Part shown: piece after piece, positions 7,416-16,479 of the stretch
How positions within the stretch are numbered: position 1 is the stretch's first letter
How the letters are laid out: each line of letters begins with the position of its first letter
Assembly: GCA_964474705.1 (NCBI GenBank)
Contig: CAYYUI010000007.1
Location: forward strand, 15,061-79,060
From: an uncultured bacterium
GTDB taxonomy: Bacteria; Muiribacteriota; Ozemobacteria; Ozemobacterales; Ozemobacteraceae
Direction: 5' to 3'
Length of the DNA: 64,000 nt
Notes under the pieces: generated by a model
What the model was told of the DNA's origin: nothing
Database searches by the model: none
Seen by the model: the letters and a program-made list of their open reading frames with translations, nothing else
Translations under genes and position numbers: made by a program

Positions 7416-10400
7416 ATGGCATCATTGCTTTCTGAACGACAACAAACCAAGGTCTTGCGCCTCGCTCCGTTACCCCTTTGGAAATGGATTGCCGTCATCC
7501 TCGTGCTTCTGAGCGTGCCGGTGGCAATTCTTGTCAGGCAGGCGATAGGGTCATTCAAGGCAACTGCCGCCGTTGCCAGGAGCGAGGCAGCTCACCAGGT
7601 TGAGAAACTGGCCAGCCGTTTTGTTTTTGAGGCAAGAACTGTCGTTCAGATCAGGCAATTGTTAAAAGATTATTCAGTTCATTACGTCGAACCGCTGAAG
7701 ACGGCGGCTCTGTTCAGAGCTCTCAGGCTCAACAGTCTTCCAGGTAATGTCCCCCAGTTAAATTTCTGTCTCCTGATGAACGAGCTGGCAATGCTCAAAA
7801 TCCGTGACCGCTCCGAGAGCCGTTTGCGTCGACTTATTCCAGGCCTGAAACTTGTCAGATGGGGGCTCGATCTTGTTGAATTGCCGGGCAGCGACCAGCT
7901 GTTGCCGAAATGGCCTTATCAGAAGCTCACTGAATCGGTAATCAGAAGTATTAATCCGTCTGGTGATCGCCGCGGCCGTTATTTCGACTATCTCGAGCAT
8001 GTGCCGATGCTGAACCGCTATTTCACTGACGCTCAGGGGTTGGGCACATTTCTGAAACATGGTGATGAAATGCTGGTTTGCGGGAACCCCGCCGGAAACA
8101 AGCTGATGATGTTCTGGAATGCTGAAAAAGCTCATTATCTCAGCCATGAACGTCATTGTGCCGGTGGTTTTCTTGCGGTGATTGAGGCAGACCGCATTCC
8201 CGCTTCATTCGGTCTGCAGACCCTGGTGTTGAGAAAAGCCCACGAATGGGAAAACTCCGGAGTTTCGGCGGGCTGGATCGTTGAAAATGAACCGACGAAA
8301 AGGTTTCTTCCCTACCCATTTCCGGCTGCTGATCAGGAAAAATGGGTAAGATGGCTGGTAAATCAACCTGATGGCATTAATGAACGCGATGGGGTTCTTT
8401 TTGCTCTGCGCCGTTCATCTGAGGGGCTTATTATGCTGGCTGCCGCCAGTACTCTTGAGATAAATCTGAATTTTGAGCGTCACGTCTTTTTTGCCGGCCT
8501 GCTGATAACCGTTTCGGGCTTGCTGCCACTGCTTTTAATTGTCAGCCAGCGCCGCAACGATGGTATGGCTGTCAGCCTGAGACTTCAGATTGCCGGATTG
8601 TTCATCATTGCCATGCTTCTGCCGGCTGCTGCTATCTATCAGCTCGGCAGTGAACTTCTTCTCGACCGTCAGAAGGCATTTGAAAATGATGCGTACAAAG
8701 AAATAGAGCGAATCAAAAAAGATCTCGATGAAAACATGGGTTTTGCCTTCAGACACCTCGAAGGCCTGAGCAATGAAGCCGGCAGGCAGCTTATGCGGCT
8801 GCAGTTCAAACCCGACGGCCAATTTGTCACACCTGATCGGGCAAGCGAAATAATCAAAAAAACATCGAGTCAGGCCAGTATTCTCCATTCCTATCTGCTG
8901 AACTCATATTCTGAAGTGGTTTTCTCCTATTCACCCGATGAGGACGATTCTGAAGGTAAGAACCTTTTACCCCTCATTCAATCGCTGGCGAAAATCAAGT
9001 TGCGGTCTTCGGGCAAACTGAAAACCAGGGGAAAAGTTCTCGATGTCAGCTTTATCGATCTTGTCGTCGAAGCCACCGGCGGAGCGAATCTCGAAGATAT
9101 CAAAGCCATTATGAGTAACCGCGAAAACCGCGCGTTTGAGATGAAATTCAGCGGCCGTCGCAGTATCTTTTTTATCGGGCAATTCTCGACAGGCCAGTTA
9201 CCTGAAGAGACCTTCAGTCTGATACTTTTGATGCGCGACAGTCATTTCGAGCGGATGTACCTGCGGCTGATGATTGACCGTATCTGTAATCAGCCTGCAT
9301 ATGACGGCAGAATTCAGTTGTATTTTGGCTCGAACAATTGCGGTTCCGATGGCTATTTCCTGCATGCGCCGCTGAATAACCCCTGGTTTGACTATATCAA
9401 CAATACGCCTGATTCAATCAGAATCGGCCGGATCTCTGACCCCACGCGCTTTACAGGAGTTGGAATCAGGGAAAGCGTCACTCTCGAAACAGGCGGACGT
9501 AAATGTCTGTTTTACAGTTTCAGACCTGCCGGTCTTGAGCAAAGTTCAGTTGTTGCCCTTTTCAACTATGAGGAAATCCTTGCCGGGCTGCGTCGTCTCC
9601 AGGGTTTCATAGTAGTTTCACTTCTGGTGTCCATCATCATTGTTTTTATTCTGGCCAGAATTATGGCCAGATCGCTGATCGAACCGGTGCTTCTTCTGAA
9701 GCACGGGGTCGAAGAGATTGAAGGCGGCAACTTCCGCACCTCGGTGCTTTTGCCGGGGAGCGATGAGATAGTCGAGCTGGCAACCGCCTTCAATAAAATG
9801 AGTCAGGGGCTTGACGAACGTGAAAGAATGACCAGATATCTGTCCAGGTCGGCTGTTGACGCGGTTGTGAGCGGCGACGACAGCCGGATGGGCGGCCGCA
9901 AGGTTCCTGCAACTATTCTCTTTTCCGATATCAGAAGCTTTACAACCATCTCGGAATCTAATACTCCTGAAGATGTCGTTAATCTGCTCAATGAATACTT
10001 TGCAGCCATGAACGTCGTGGTCGAGAAGTTCGGTGGTGATATCGACAAGTTCATTGGTGATGCAATCATGGCTCAGTTCATTACCGGGCCGGGTATGAAT
10101 CCAGCATCACTTGCCCTGAATGCGGTTAAATGCGCTCTTGGCATGATGGATGCCCTGGCTGAATTCAACCGCCACAGGAGTAATGCCGGCCTTTTTCCAA
10201 TCAAAATCGGGGTTGGCATCAATTCCGGCGATGTCATCGCCGGCAATATCGGCTCTCCCGGGCGCATGGACCGAACGGTCATCGGTGACACGGTCAATGT
10301 TGCATCGCGTCTTGAAGGTATGAGTAAACTTGGCAAACATACCTGTGTCATCATCAGCCGTTCAACTTTAGATCTGGTGCAGGAGCATGTCGATGTGGAA

Positions 10401-10472
10401 CGACTGGCTGAAACAGCTGTTAAAGGCAAGACTGCTGCCGTCGAAATGTTTGAAGTTACGGGCCTCAAATAG
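7416..10472 (+). CDS. Sensor adenylate/guanylate cyclase: N-terminal TM, large periplasmic/extracytoplasmic region, second TM, HAMP domain, and a C-terminal class III cyclase (CHD).
   Basis: HAMP region LIEPVLLLKHGVEEIEGGNFRTSV...ELATAFNKMSQGL. CHD region ATILFSDIRSFTTISE...FGGDIDKFIGDAIMAQF...GINSGDVIAGNIG. Confidence 0.85.
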   Translation: MASLLSERQQTKVLRLAPLPLWKWIAVILVLLSVPVAILVRQAIGSFKATAAVARSEAAHQVEKLASRFVFEARTVVQIRQLLKDYSVHYVEPLKTAALFRALRLNSLPGNVPQLNFCLLMNELAMLKIRDRSESRLRRLIPGLKLVRWGLDLVELPGSDQLLPKWPYQKLTESVIRSINPSGDRRGRYFDYLEHVPMLNRYFTDAQGLGTFLKHGDEMLVCGNPAGNKLMMFWNAEKAHYLSHERHCAGGFLAVIEADRIPASFGLQTLVLRKAHEWENSGVSAGWIVENEPTKRFLPYPFPAADQEKWVRWLVNQPDGINERDGVLFALRRSSEGLIMLAAASTLEINLNFERHVFFAGLLITVSGLLPLLLIVSQRRNDGMAVSLRLQIAGLFIIAMLLPAAAIYQLGSELLLDRQKAFENDAYKEIERIKKDLDENMGFAFRHLEGLSNEAGRQLMRLQFKPDGQFVTPDRASEIIKKTSSQASILHSYLLNSYSEVVFSYSPDEDDSEGKNLLPLIQSLAKIKLRSSGKLKTRGKVLDVSFIDLVVEATGGANLEDIKAIMSNRENRAFEMKFSGRRSIFFIGQFSTGQLPEETFSLILLMRDSHFERMYLRLMIDRICNQPAYDGRIQLYFGSNNCGSDGYFLHAPLNNPWFDYINNTPDSIRIGRISDPTRFTGVGIRESVTLETGGRKCLFYSFRPAGLEQSSVVALFNYEEILAGLRRLQGFIVVSLLVSIIIVFILARIMARSLIEPVLLLKHGVEEIEGGNFRTSVLLPGSDEIVELATAFNKMSQGLDERERMTRYLSRSAVDAVVSGDDSRMGGRKVPATILFSDIRSFTTISESNTPEDVVNLLNEYFAAMNVVVEKFGGDIDKFIGDAIMAQFITGPGMNPASLALNAVKCALGMMDALAEFNRHRSNAGLFPIKIGVGINSGDVIAGNIGSPGRMDRTVIGDTVNVASRLEGMSKLGKHTCVIISRSTLDLVQEHVDVERLAETAVKGKTAAVEMFEVTGLK

Positions 10473-10514
10473 TATAATTAGCAGCCTGATTTTACACACT
10501 ACTGGAGAAACATT

Positions 10515-13511
10515 ATGGCAGTCGATGCCGGGAAGACACACTCCGCTCATTTTCAGGGCCTGACATCCCTGCAGGTTATAGAAAATCGCGAAAAATTTGG
10601 TGCGAATCTGCTGACGCCACCAGAACGAGAGCCATGGTGGCGCCTGCTTATAGAAAAGTTCGACGATCCGATCATAAGAATTCTCATGATTGCTGCCGTA
10701 ATTGCGATTCTTGTCGGGTTCATCAACGGCGAATATTTCGAGGGAATCGGGATTATCATTGCAATTCTTCTGGCAACTACCCTGGCGTTTCTGAACGAAT
10801 ACAAAGCCGGCAAAGAATTCGATATTCTCAATCAGGTATCTGATGAAGCCCCGGTGAATGTCGTAAGAGACGGCGCTTTTACTACCGTTCCGATCCGGGA
10901 TATCGTCGTTGGCGATCTGGTACTGCTTGAACCTGGTGAAGAAATTCCAGCCGATGGCAAAGTTGTCGAATCTATCTCACTACAGGTAGATGAAGCGAAA
11001 CTAACCGGTGAGTCCATGCCGGTCGCCAAACATACCTCAGACTCGGAACTCGCACAGGAAGGCCATGATACAGCGTATCCGGCAGATGTTCTCCTGCGCA
11101 GCACCATGGTCAACGATGGCCATGGCAAGATGGTCGTCACTGCCGTCGGCGATGCAACTGAAATCGGCAAAGCTGCCCGGGCAGCCGGCGAAGAAAACGA
11201 GGAAGAAACCCCTCTCAACAGGCAGCTCGACAAATTGAGCAAGCTTATCGGGGTGGTAGGATTTTCTATCGCTTTTTTAACTTTCAGCTCTCTGATCATG
11301 CGGGATTACTTTTCAGGCGAACTGGTTCTCGAAGCCTCGCAATGGGGTTTTGCCCTGATCGTGCTCTTCAGCGCCATGATTTCGCTTTCGAAGATCTGGC
11401 TGCCGATTCTGGCCGACGGTTTTGAATTTGCCGGTCGAGAACTGCCTCTGCCGCGCATTATCGAACGCTCAGACTTCAAATCCTGGGTCAAGGTGGTATC
11501 TTCAGGAATAATTTTTGGAGCTTTGTGCACTTTGACCGGTATTTTAACCGGTTTTTTGCCGGAGCATCCGGCGATGTGGCTTACAGGTGAAGCAGTCAGT
11601 GAGTTTCTCAAGTTTTTTATGATTGCCGTTACCATTATAGTCGTTGCGGTGCCTGAAGGCCTGCCGATGAGCGTTACTCTCAGCCTGGCCTACAGCATGC
11701 GCAAGATGACAGCCGCCAACAACCTGGTTCGCAGAATGCACGCCTGTGAGACAATAGGCGCCGCGACGGTAATATGCTCAGATAAGACCGGCACGTTGAC
11801 TCAGAATCGCATGGTCATGAACTCGGTGCATTTTCCTGCTATCAAAAATGGCCGGCTTTCCCGTGAACTGACAACCGATACCGAAAAAATAATCGCTGAA
11901 GCCATGGCTGCAAACAGCACCGCTAACCTTTCCAGAAAACCTGGCGAGCCGGTGACCACTCTGGGTAATCCTACCGAAGGCGCTACTCTGCTCTGGCTTG
12001 AAGAGTCCGGCATCGATTATCTTGCTTTACGTGAAGCTTTTTCTCTTGAAAAACAATGGACTTTTTCGACCGAACGCAAAATGATGGCTTCCTGCGGTAT
12101 TTCAGGAGCCGGCAAAGAAAAGATCATGTATTTCAAGGGAGCCCCTGAACTGATTTTGTCAAAGTGCGGTGAAATTCTTACTGATAAAGGCCTGCAGACA
12201 GTCGGACCATTTGCCGGGAAAATTGCTGAAGAGTTGAGAGTGCAGCAGGGCCGCGGTATGCGAACTCTCGGGTTTGCGTTTCTTCGTGGTTTCGCCTGTT
12301 CACCGGACGGAGACCTGGATACTATCGCCAGAAATCTTGTCTGGCTGGGATTTGTCGCGATTGCCGATCCGATAAGACCGGATGTGCCGATGGCACTGAA
12401 TGTCTGCCGCAGCGCCGGAGTTCTGGTTAAAATGATCACTGGTGACAATTCCAACACTGCCTGGGAAATCGCCAGTCAGATCGGTCTTCTTGACCAGGGT
12501 GATGCGCCAAATCGGGTTCACATAACCGGTTCTGAATTCCAGGCAATGAACGACAAAGATGCTCTGGCAATTGTCGATCGCATCAAGATCATGTCACGTG
12601 CCCGCCCGGCTGATAAAATGAAAATGGTAAAACTTCTGCAGCAGCGTGGCCACGTGGTGGCGGTCACCGGCGATGGTACCAACGATGCGCCGGCGCTAAA
12701 TCATGCTAATGTCGGCTTGGCAATGGGCAAAACCGGAACCTCCGTTGCCAAGGAAGCCAGTGATATAATTCTGCTCGATGATTCATTTCCAAGTGTTGTC
12801 AAAGGCATTATGTGGGGCCGCTCGCTGTATGACAATATTCAGCGCTTTGTCATGTTTCAGCTGACGATAAATTTTGTCGCCCTGGCGGTCGCTCTGACCG
12901 GCCCGTTTATCGGGGTTAAAATGCCGCTGACCGTCATTCAGATGCTGTGGGTAAACCTGATAATGGATACATTTGCCGCCCTGGCACTGGCCACGGAGCC
13001 GCCGCATTGGAAAGTCATGGCTCGTGCACCCAGACGTTCCGAAGACTTCATCGTTTCAAAACCCATGTATATGCACATATTTGGCGTCGGTGCCGCTTTT
13101 TACTGCCTGCTGATCGGTCTGCTCAAATATTTCCAGCAGGACGGCCTGGTCAGCGTCAGAGAGTTGTCGATTTTCTTCACGGTTTTCGTTCTGCTTCAGG
13201 TCTGGAATATGTTCAATGCCAGAGCACTGGGATGGAAAAAATCCGCATTCAGCCGTTTAAGCGAAAACTCGGGTTTCATTCTCATTTTGCCAACCATCCT
13301 GATTGGTCAGTTTCTGATCGTTCAGTTCGGCAAAACCATGTTCAGAACCGAGCCGCTCGATCTGGTCACCTGGCTGGTAATTATTATCGGCACTTCGGCA
13401 GTGCTCTGGGCTGGCGAAATTTTCCGGTTCTTCTCCATTGAAAAAGGTATTTCAGCCGGCAACCAGGATCAGAACCCCTTTGAACAGGTTCCTGACAATC
13501 GGGAAAATTGA
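10515..13511 (+). CDS. P-type ATPase, PMCA/SERCA-like (type IIA/IIB) calcium-translocating.
   Basis: Motifs CSDKTGTLTQN (phosphorylation site), TGDN, VTGDGTNDAPAL and PEGLP in the TM4 region. Ten predicted TM segments. Length 998 aa. Confidence 0.85.
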   Translation: MAVDAGKTHSAHFQGLTSLQVIENREKFGANLLTPPEREPWWRLLIEKFDDPIIRILMIAAVIAILVGFINGEYFEGIGIIIAILLATTLAFLNEYKAGKEFDILNQVSDEAPVNVVRDGAFTTVPIRDIVVGDLVLLEPGEEIPADGKVVESISLQVDEAKLTGESMPVAKHTSDSELAQEGHDTAYPADVLLRSTMVNDGHGKMVVTAVGDATEIGKAARAAGEENEEETPLNRQLDKLSKLIGVVGFSIAFLTFSSLIMRDYFSGELVLEASQWGFALIVLFSAMISLSKIWLPILADGFEFAGRELPLPRIIERSDFKSWVKVVSSGIIFGALCTLTGILTGFLPEHPAMWLTGEAVSEFLKFFMIAVTIIVVAVPEGLPMSVTLSLAYSMRKMTAANNLVRRMHACETIGAATVICSDKTGTLTQNRMVMNSVHFPAIKNGRLSRELTTDTEKIIAEAMAANSTANLSRKPGEPVTTLGNPTEGATLLWLEESGIDYLALREAFSLEKQWTFSTERKMMASCGISGAGKEKIMYFKGAPELILSKCGEILTDKGLQTVGPFAGKIAEELRVQQGRGMRTLGFAFLRGFACSPDGDLDTIARNLVWLGFVAIADPIRPDVPMALNVCRSAGVLVKMITGDNSNTAWEIASQIGLLDQGDAPNRVHITGSEFQAMNDKDALAIVDRIKIMSRARPADKMKMVKLLQQRGHVVAVTGDGTNDAPALNHANVGLAMGKTGTSVAKEASDIILLDDSFPSVVKGIMWGRSLYDNIQRFVMFQLTINFVALAVALTGPFIGVKMPLTVIQMLWVNLIMDTFAALALATEPPHWKVMARAPRRSEDFIVSKPMYMHIFGVGAAFYCLLIGLLKYFQQDGLVSVRELSIFFTVFVLLQVWNMFNARALGWKKSAFSRLSENSGFILILPTILIGQFLIVQFGKTMFRTEPLDLVTWLVIIIGTSAVLWAGEIFRFFSIEKGISAGNQDQNPFEQVPDNREN

Positions 13512-13515
13512 AAAA

Positions 13516-13536
13516 TCCCGGAGCGATGCTCCGGGA
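13516..13536. terminator. Bidirectional hairpin terminator between the convergent P-type ATPase gene and the small minus-strand gene.
   Basis: tcccggagc-gatg-ctccggga. A5 upstream on the plus strand gives a T-run on the minus strand, so it is a stronger terminator in the minus orientation. Confidence 0.6.
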
Positions 13537-13566
13537 ATAATCTGTAACAGGGGGAAAAATGCGCCG

Positions 13567-13806
13567 TCAGGCTGCGAGCTGTTCGCGTCTTTCTTCGTCT
13601 CTGAAGAGATTGATTTCGCCGTTGCTCATATCGTAGAGCCGCTGCTGAATCTTTGCCTGGACGATTTCCAGACCGTTGGGCAGATCGAGAAGATTTGCAT
13701 CTTTGCCAAGAATGTCCTTGTAGGCAGATTTGATGTGCTGGATCATTCTGATGCGGAATTCAGCATCGGTCTTGGCCTGATAGAGCGGGGTATTCGGAAG
13801 AATCAT
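13567..13806 (-). CDS. Small hypothetical protein (79 aa). Start reassigned to the ATG at 13806 (MILPNTPLYQ...), which has a GGAGG RBS 8 nt upstream; the listed ORF extends to 13872.
   Basis: Strong SD (aaaGGAGGcacacaacATG). No family recognised. Confidence 0.5.
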   Translation of the reverse strand: MILPNTPLYQAKTDAEFRIRMIQHIKSAYKDILGKDANLLDLPNGLEIVQAKIQQRLYDMSNGEINLFRDEERREQLAA

Positions 13807-13888
13807 GTTGTGTGCCTCCTTTGAACTTCTTATGTGTTCCTGAGGAACTATCGACATGATTCCATAGCTCAATTAACATTTTTTTCGT

Positions 13889-14638
13889 TCAAATCTCAAG
13901 GCCGATTCTGAGGCCGGTAAAGGTGTGAATCTGACTCAGAGCCAGCCCGATACCCGGCATGAATGAATCACGATTCAGCGAATCGTGCCTGATAGAGAGA
14001 GTTTGCCCTATGTCGCCGAAAATGACTTCCTGGTGTGCCACCAGACCGGGAAGACGCACTGAATGAATCGGCACCTGTTCCGGCATCGATTCGTCATTGA
14101 TGCCAAGTTCTTCAAGAATGCCCTGGCGGGTTCTTATAGCCGTTCCTGAGGGTTTGTCGAGTTTCTGCGGATGGTGCAGTTCGATGATTTCAACATTCTT
14201 CATATAGCGGGCGGCCTTGCGGGCGAAGTCCATCATGAGAATTGCGCCGATCGCGAAATTCGGGACGATCATTACCCCTGAATTCATCTTCTGGGCGAGA
14301 TTATCAAGTTTGACCTGGTCTTCCTGACTGATTCCAGTTGTGCCGATCAGAACCGGTACCTTTGCCTGCAGGCAGACTGCAGCATTGGCAACCACAGATT
14401 CAGGAGTGGTGAAATCGATCGCGGCGTCGATATGAGATTCAGAAATTGTTGTCTGAAGGTTCTGCGAGATAATTATGCCGGTGTTGCCAAGACCGAGCAT
14501 GTTGCCCAGGTCATCACCGGCACGGCTGACATCGATTCCGGCAGCCAGTTCGTAACTGCTGTGCGAAAGCAGGTATCTGCAGACCACCTGTCCCATTTTT
14601 CCGGCGCAACCTATTATCGCTATTTTTTTCCGCTTCAT
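13889..14638 (-). CDS. dapB: 4-hydroxy-tetrahydrodipicolinate reductase.
   Basis: N-terminal Rossmann MKRKKIAIIGCAGKMGQ and a DapB C-terminal domain. Length 249 aa. Confidence 0.9.
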   Translation of the reverse strand: MKRKKIAIIGCAGKMGQVVCRYLLSHSSYELAAGIDVSRAGDDLGNMLGLGNTGIIISQNLQTTISESHIDAAIDFTTPESVVANAAVCLQAKVPVLIGTTGISQEDQVKLDNLAQKMNSGVMIVPNFAIGAILMMDFARKAARYMKNVEIIELHHPQKLDKPSGTAIRTRQGILEELGINDESMPEQVPIHSVRLPGLVAHQEVIFGDIGQTLSIRHDSLNRDSFMPGIGLALSQIHTFTGLRIGLEI

Positions 14639-14656
14639 TTTTACCTCATGATAAGA

Positions 14657-15100
14657 TTATCTGACGCCCGTCGAGCCGAAACCGCCCTCACCCCGGCAGG
14701 AACCGTCGAGTTGCTTCCGTAATATGAATTCAACCTCAGTCACTCGCGAAAACACCATCTGAGCAACGCGCATGCCAGGTTCGATTACGAACTCATTCTC
14801 ACCGTGGTTGATCAGAATTACACAGATTTCACCCCGATAGTCGCTGTCTATGGTGCCGGGTGAGTTTAAAACCGTAACTGCGTGCCTTGCGGCAAGGCCT
14901 GAACGCGGACGTATCTGCGCTTCCAGCCCGTGGGGCATGGAAATTTTCAACCCGGTCGGCACCATTGCGTGCTTTCCGGGAGCGATAACCACATGCCTGC
15001 TTGCGCAGAGATCGTAACCGGCAGACCCCGAAGTGGCCATGGTCGGCATGGCAACTCCGAAACTGTTTTCGAGCAGTATCTCTATTTCTGGTCTGCTGGT
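14657..15100 (-). CDS. dut: dUTP diphosphatase (dUTPase). The true start is probably a non-ATG codon near 15085-15100; the listed ORF start at 15190 overlaps the upstream gene.
   Basis: Motifs AMPTMATSGSAGYDL, RSGLA and GTIDSDYRGEI are the conserved dUTPase motifs. Confidence 0.85.
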   Translation of the reverse strand, partial: TSRPEIEILLENSFGVAMPTMATSGSAGYDLCASRHVVIAPGKHAMVPTGLKISMPHGLEAQIRPRSGLAARHAVTVLNSPGTIDSDYRGEICVILINHGENEFVIEPGMRVAQMVFSRVTEVEFILRKQLDGSCRGEGGFGSTGVR

Positions 15101-15104
15101 ATTG

Positions 15105-16343
15105 TCAGGCGTTGGCAGAGGCGGCTTTCTCCTTTTTGTTTCCTGCGTTTTCGAAGCGATGATACTGTTTAACAGCTTCGGCAAGCACATCCATGGCCTT
15201 TTCTAGCTTGCTGACTTCAAGAACATAGCTGATGCGGATTTCATTGAGCCCGAGGCCGGGGTTTACGTAGAACCCGGCAGCAGGAGCTACCAGAACCGAA
15301 TTGCCCTGATGTTCGAAATCAGTCAGCAGCCAGGATGCAAATTTATCCGCATTCTTTATCGGCAGTTTTGCAATAACATAAAAGGCCCCTGTGGGAGTTT
15401 TACATACAACGTCGGGAATCTTTGCCAGACCGGCCATTACCGCATCACGACGGCGCTGGTATTCTTCGAGAATCGGCTGAAAATATGATGGGTCCATGAG
15501 GATGCCGGCACGGGCGCCCCACTGTTCAATCGTAGGTGAGCTGAGTCGGGCCTGAGCGAATTTCATGGAAACGGCCATTATCTCGCGGTTCTTGCTGGCG
15601 ATCAGTCCTATTCTGGCGCCACAGGCAGAATAACGCTTGGAAATGCTGTCGATGAGGATTGCGTGCTGACTCATACCTGATATCTGCAGAATGGAAGTGT
15701 GCTGCAGCCCATCATAGGTGAATTCACGATAGACTTCGTCTGAAATCACATAGACATTATGCTTTTTGGCAACTGCTGCAAGCTCCTCGAGAGTCTTTCG
15801 GGAATAAACCGTTCCGGTCGGGTTGTTGGGATTGCAGATCAGAATGGCACGGGTGCGGTCGGTAATCGCTTTTTCAATAGTGGCGGCAGCAGGCAGCTGA
15901 AAACCATCTTCGGCATAGGTAGTGAGTGCTTTGAGCTTCACACCGGTTTCGTAGGCTATGCCGTTGTAATTGGTGTAGAAGGGTTCGAAAACTATGACTT
16001 CATCGCCCGCATCACAGATGGAAAGAAAAGCGAAGAAAATTGCTTCGCTTCCGCCGGTAGTGACGATAATGTCTTCGGCTGCCAGATCGATATTGTTCTG
16101 TTTGTAATAACCGGCAAAGGCTTCGACGAGAAAATCTTCGCCCTGTGACGGGCTGTAGGCAAGAACTTCCTGGTCAAAATTGCGTATGGCATCGCGGATT
16201 GGCTTCGGTGTGGCTATATCTGGTTGCCCGATATTGAGCGGAAAGACGTTGACGCCTCTTTTGCGTGCTGCTACAGCGAGCGGGATCAGTTTGCGAATGG
16301 GTGATGCCTGCATTTCTTGAGCTCTGACAGAGATTTTCTTCAT
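15105..16343 (-). CDS. Class I/II PLP-dependent aminotransferase (aspartate or LL-diaminopimelate aminotransferase-like). Start set at MKKISVRAQEM, aa 61 of the listed ORF.
   Basis: PLP-Lys region SKRYSACGARIG and an overall AAT-like fold. The location next to dapB suggests lysine-pathway involvement. The N-terminal 60 aa of the listed ORF are low-complexity and overlap the divergent gene. Confidence 0.8.
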   Translation of the reverse strand: MKKISVRAQEMQASPIRKLIPLAVAARKRGVNVFPLNIGQPDIATPKPIRDAIRNFDQEVLAYSPSQGEDFLVEAFAGYYKQNNIDLAAEDIIVTTGGSEAIFFAFLSICDAGDEVIVFEPFYTNYNGIAYETGVKLKALTTYAEDGFQLPAAATIEKAITDRTRAILICNPNNPTGTVYSRKTLEELAAVAKKHNVYVISDEVYREFTYDGLQHTSILQISGMSQHAILIDSISKRYSACGARIGLIASKNREIMAVSMKFAQARLSSPTIEQWGARAGILMDPSYFQPILEEYQRRRDAVMAGLAKIPDVVCKTPTGAFYVIAKLPIKNADKFASWLLTDFEHQGNSVLVAPAAGFYVNPGLGLNEIRISYVLEVSKLEKAMDVLAEAVKQYHRFENAGNKKEKAASANA

Positions 16344-16479
16344 AACCAGTTTCCTTTCCGGAATTCCATTGTTGTTAAGAACAAGCTTGTTTATCTGTTG
16401 AATGTAACTCCAACTGCCTGCTTCTTTCAATCTTTTGTTTCTAAGGTTTAGTGCAAAATATACCGAAAAGTATGTCTGA

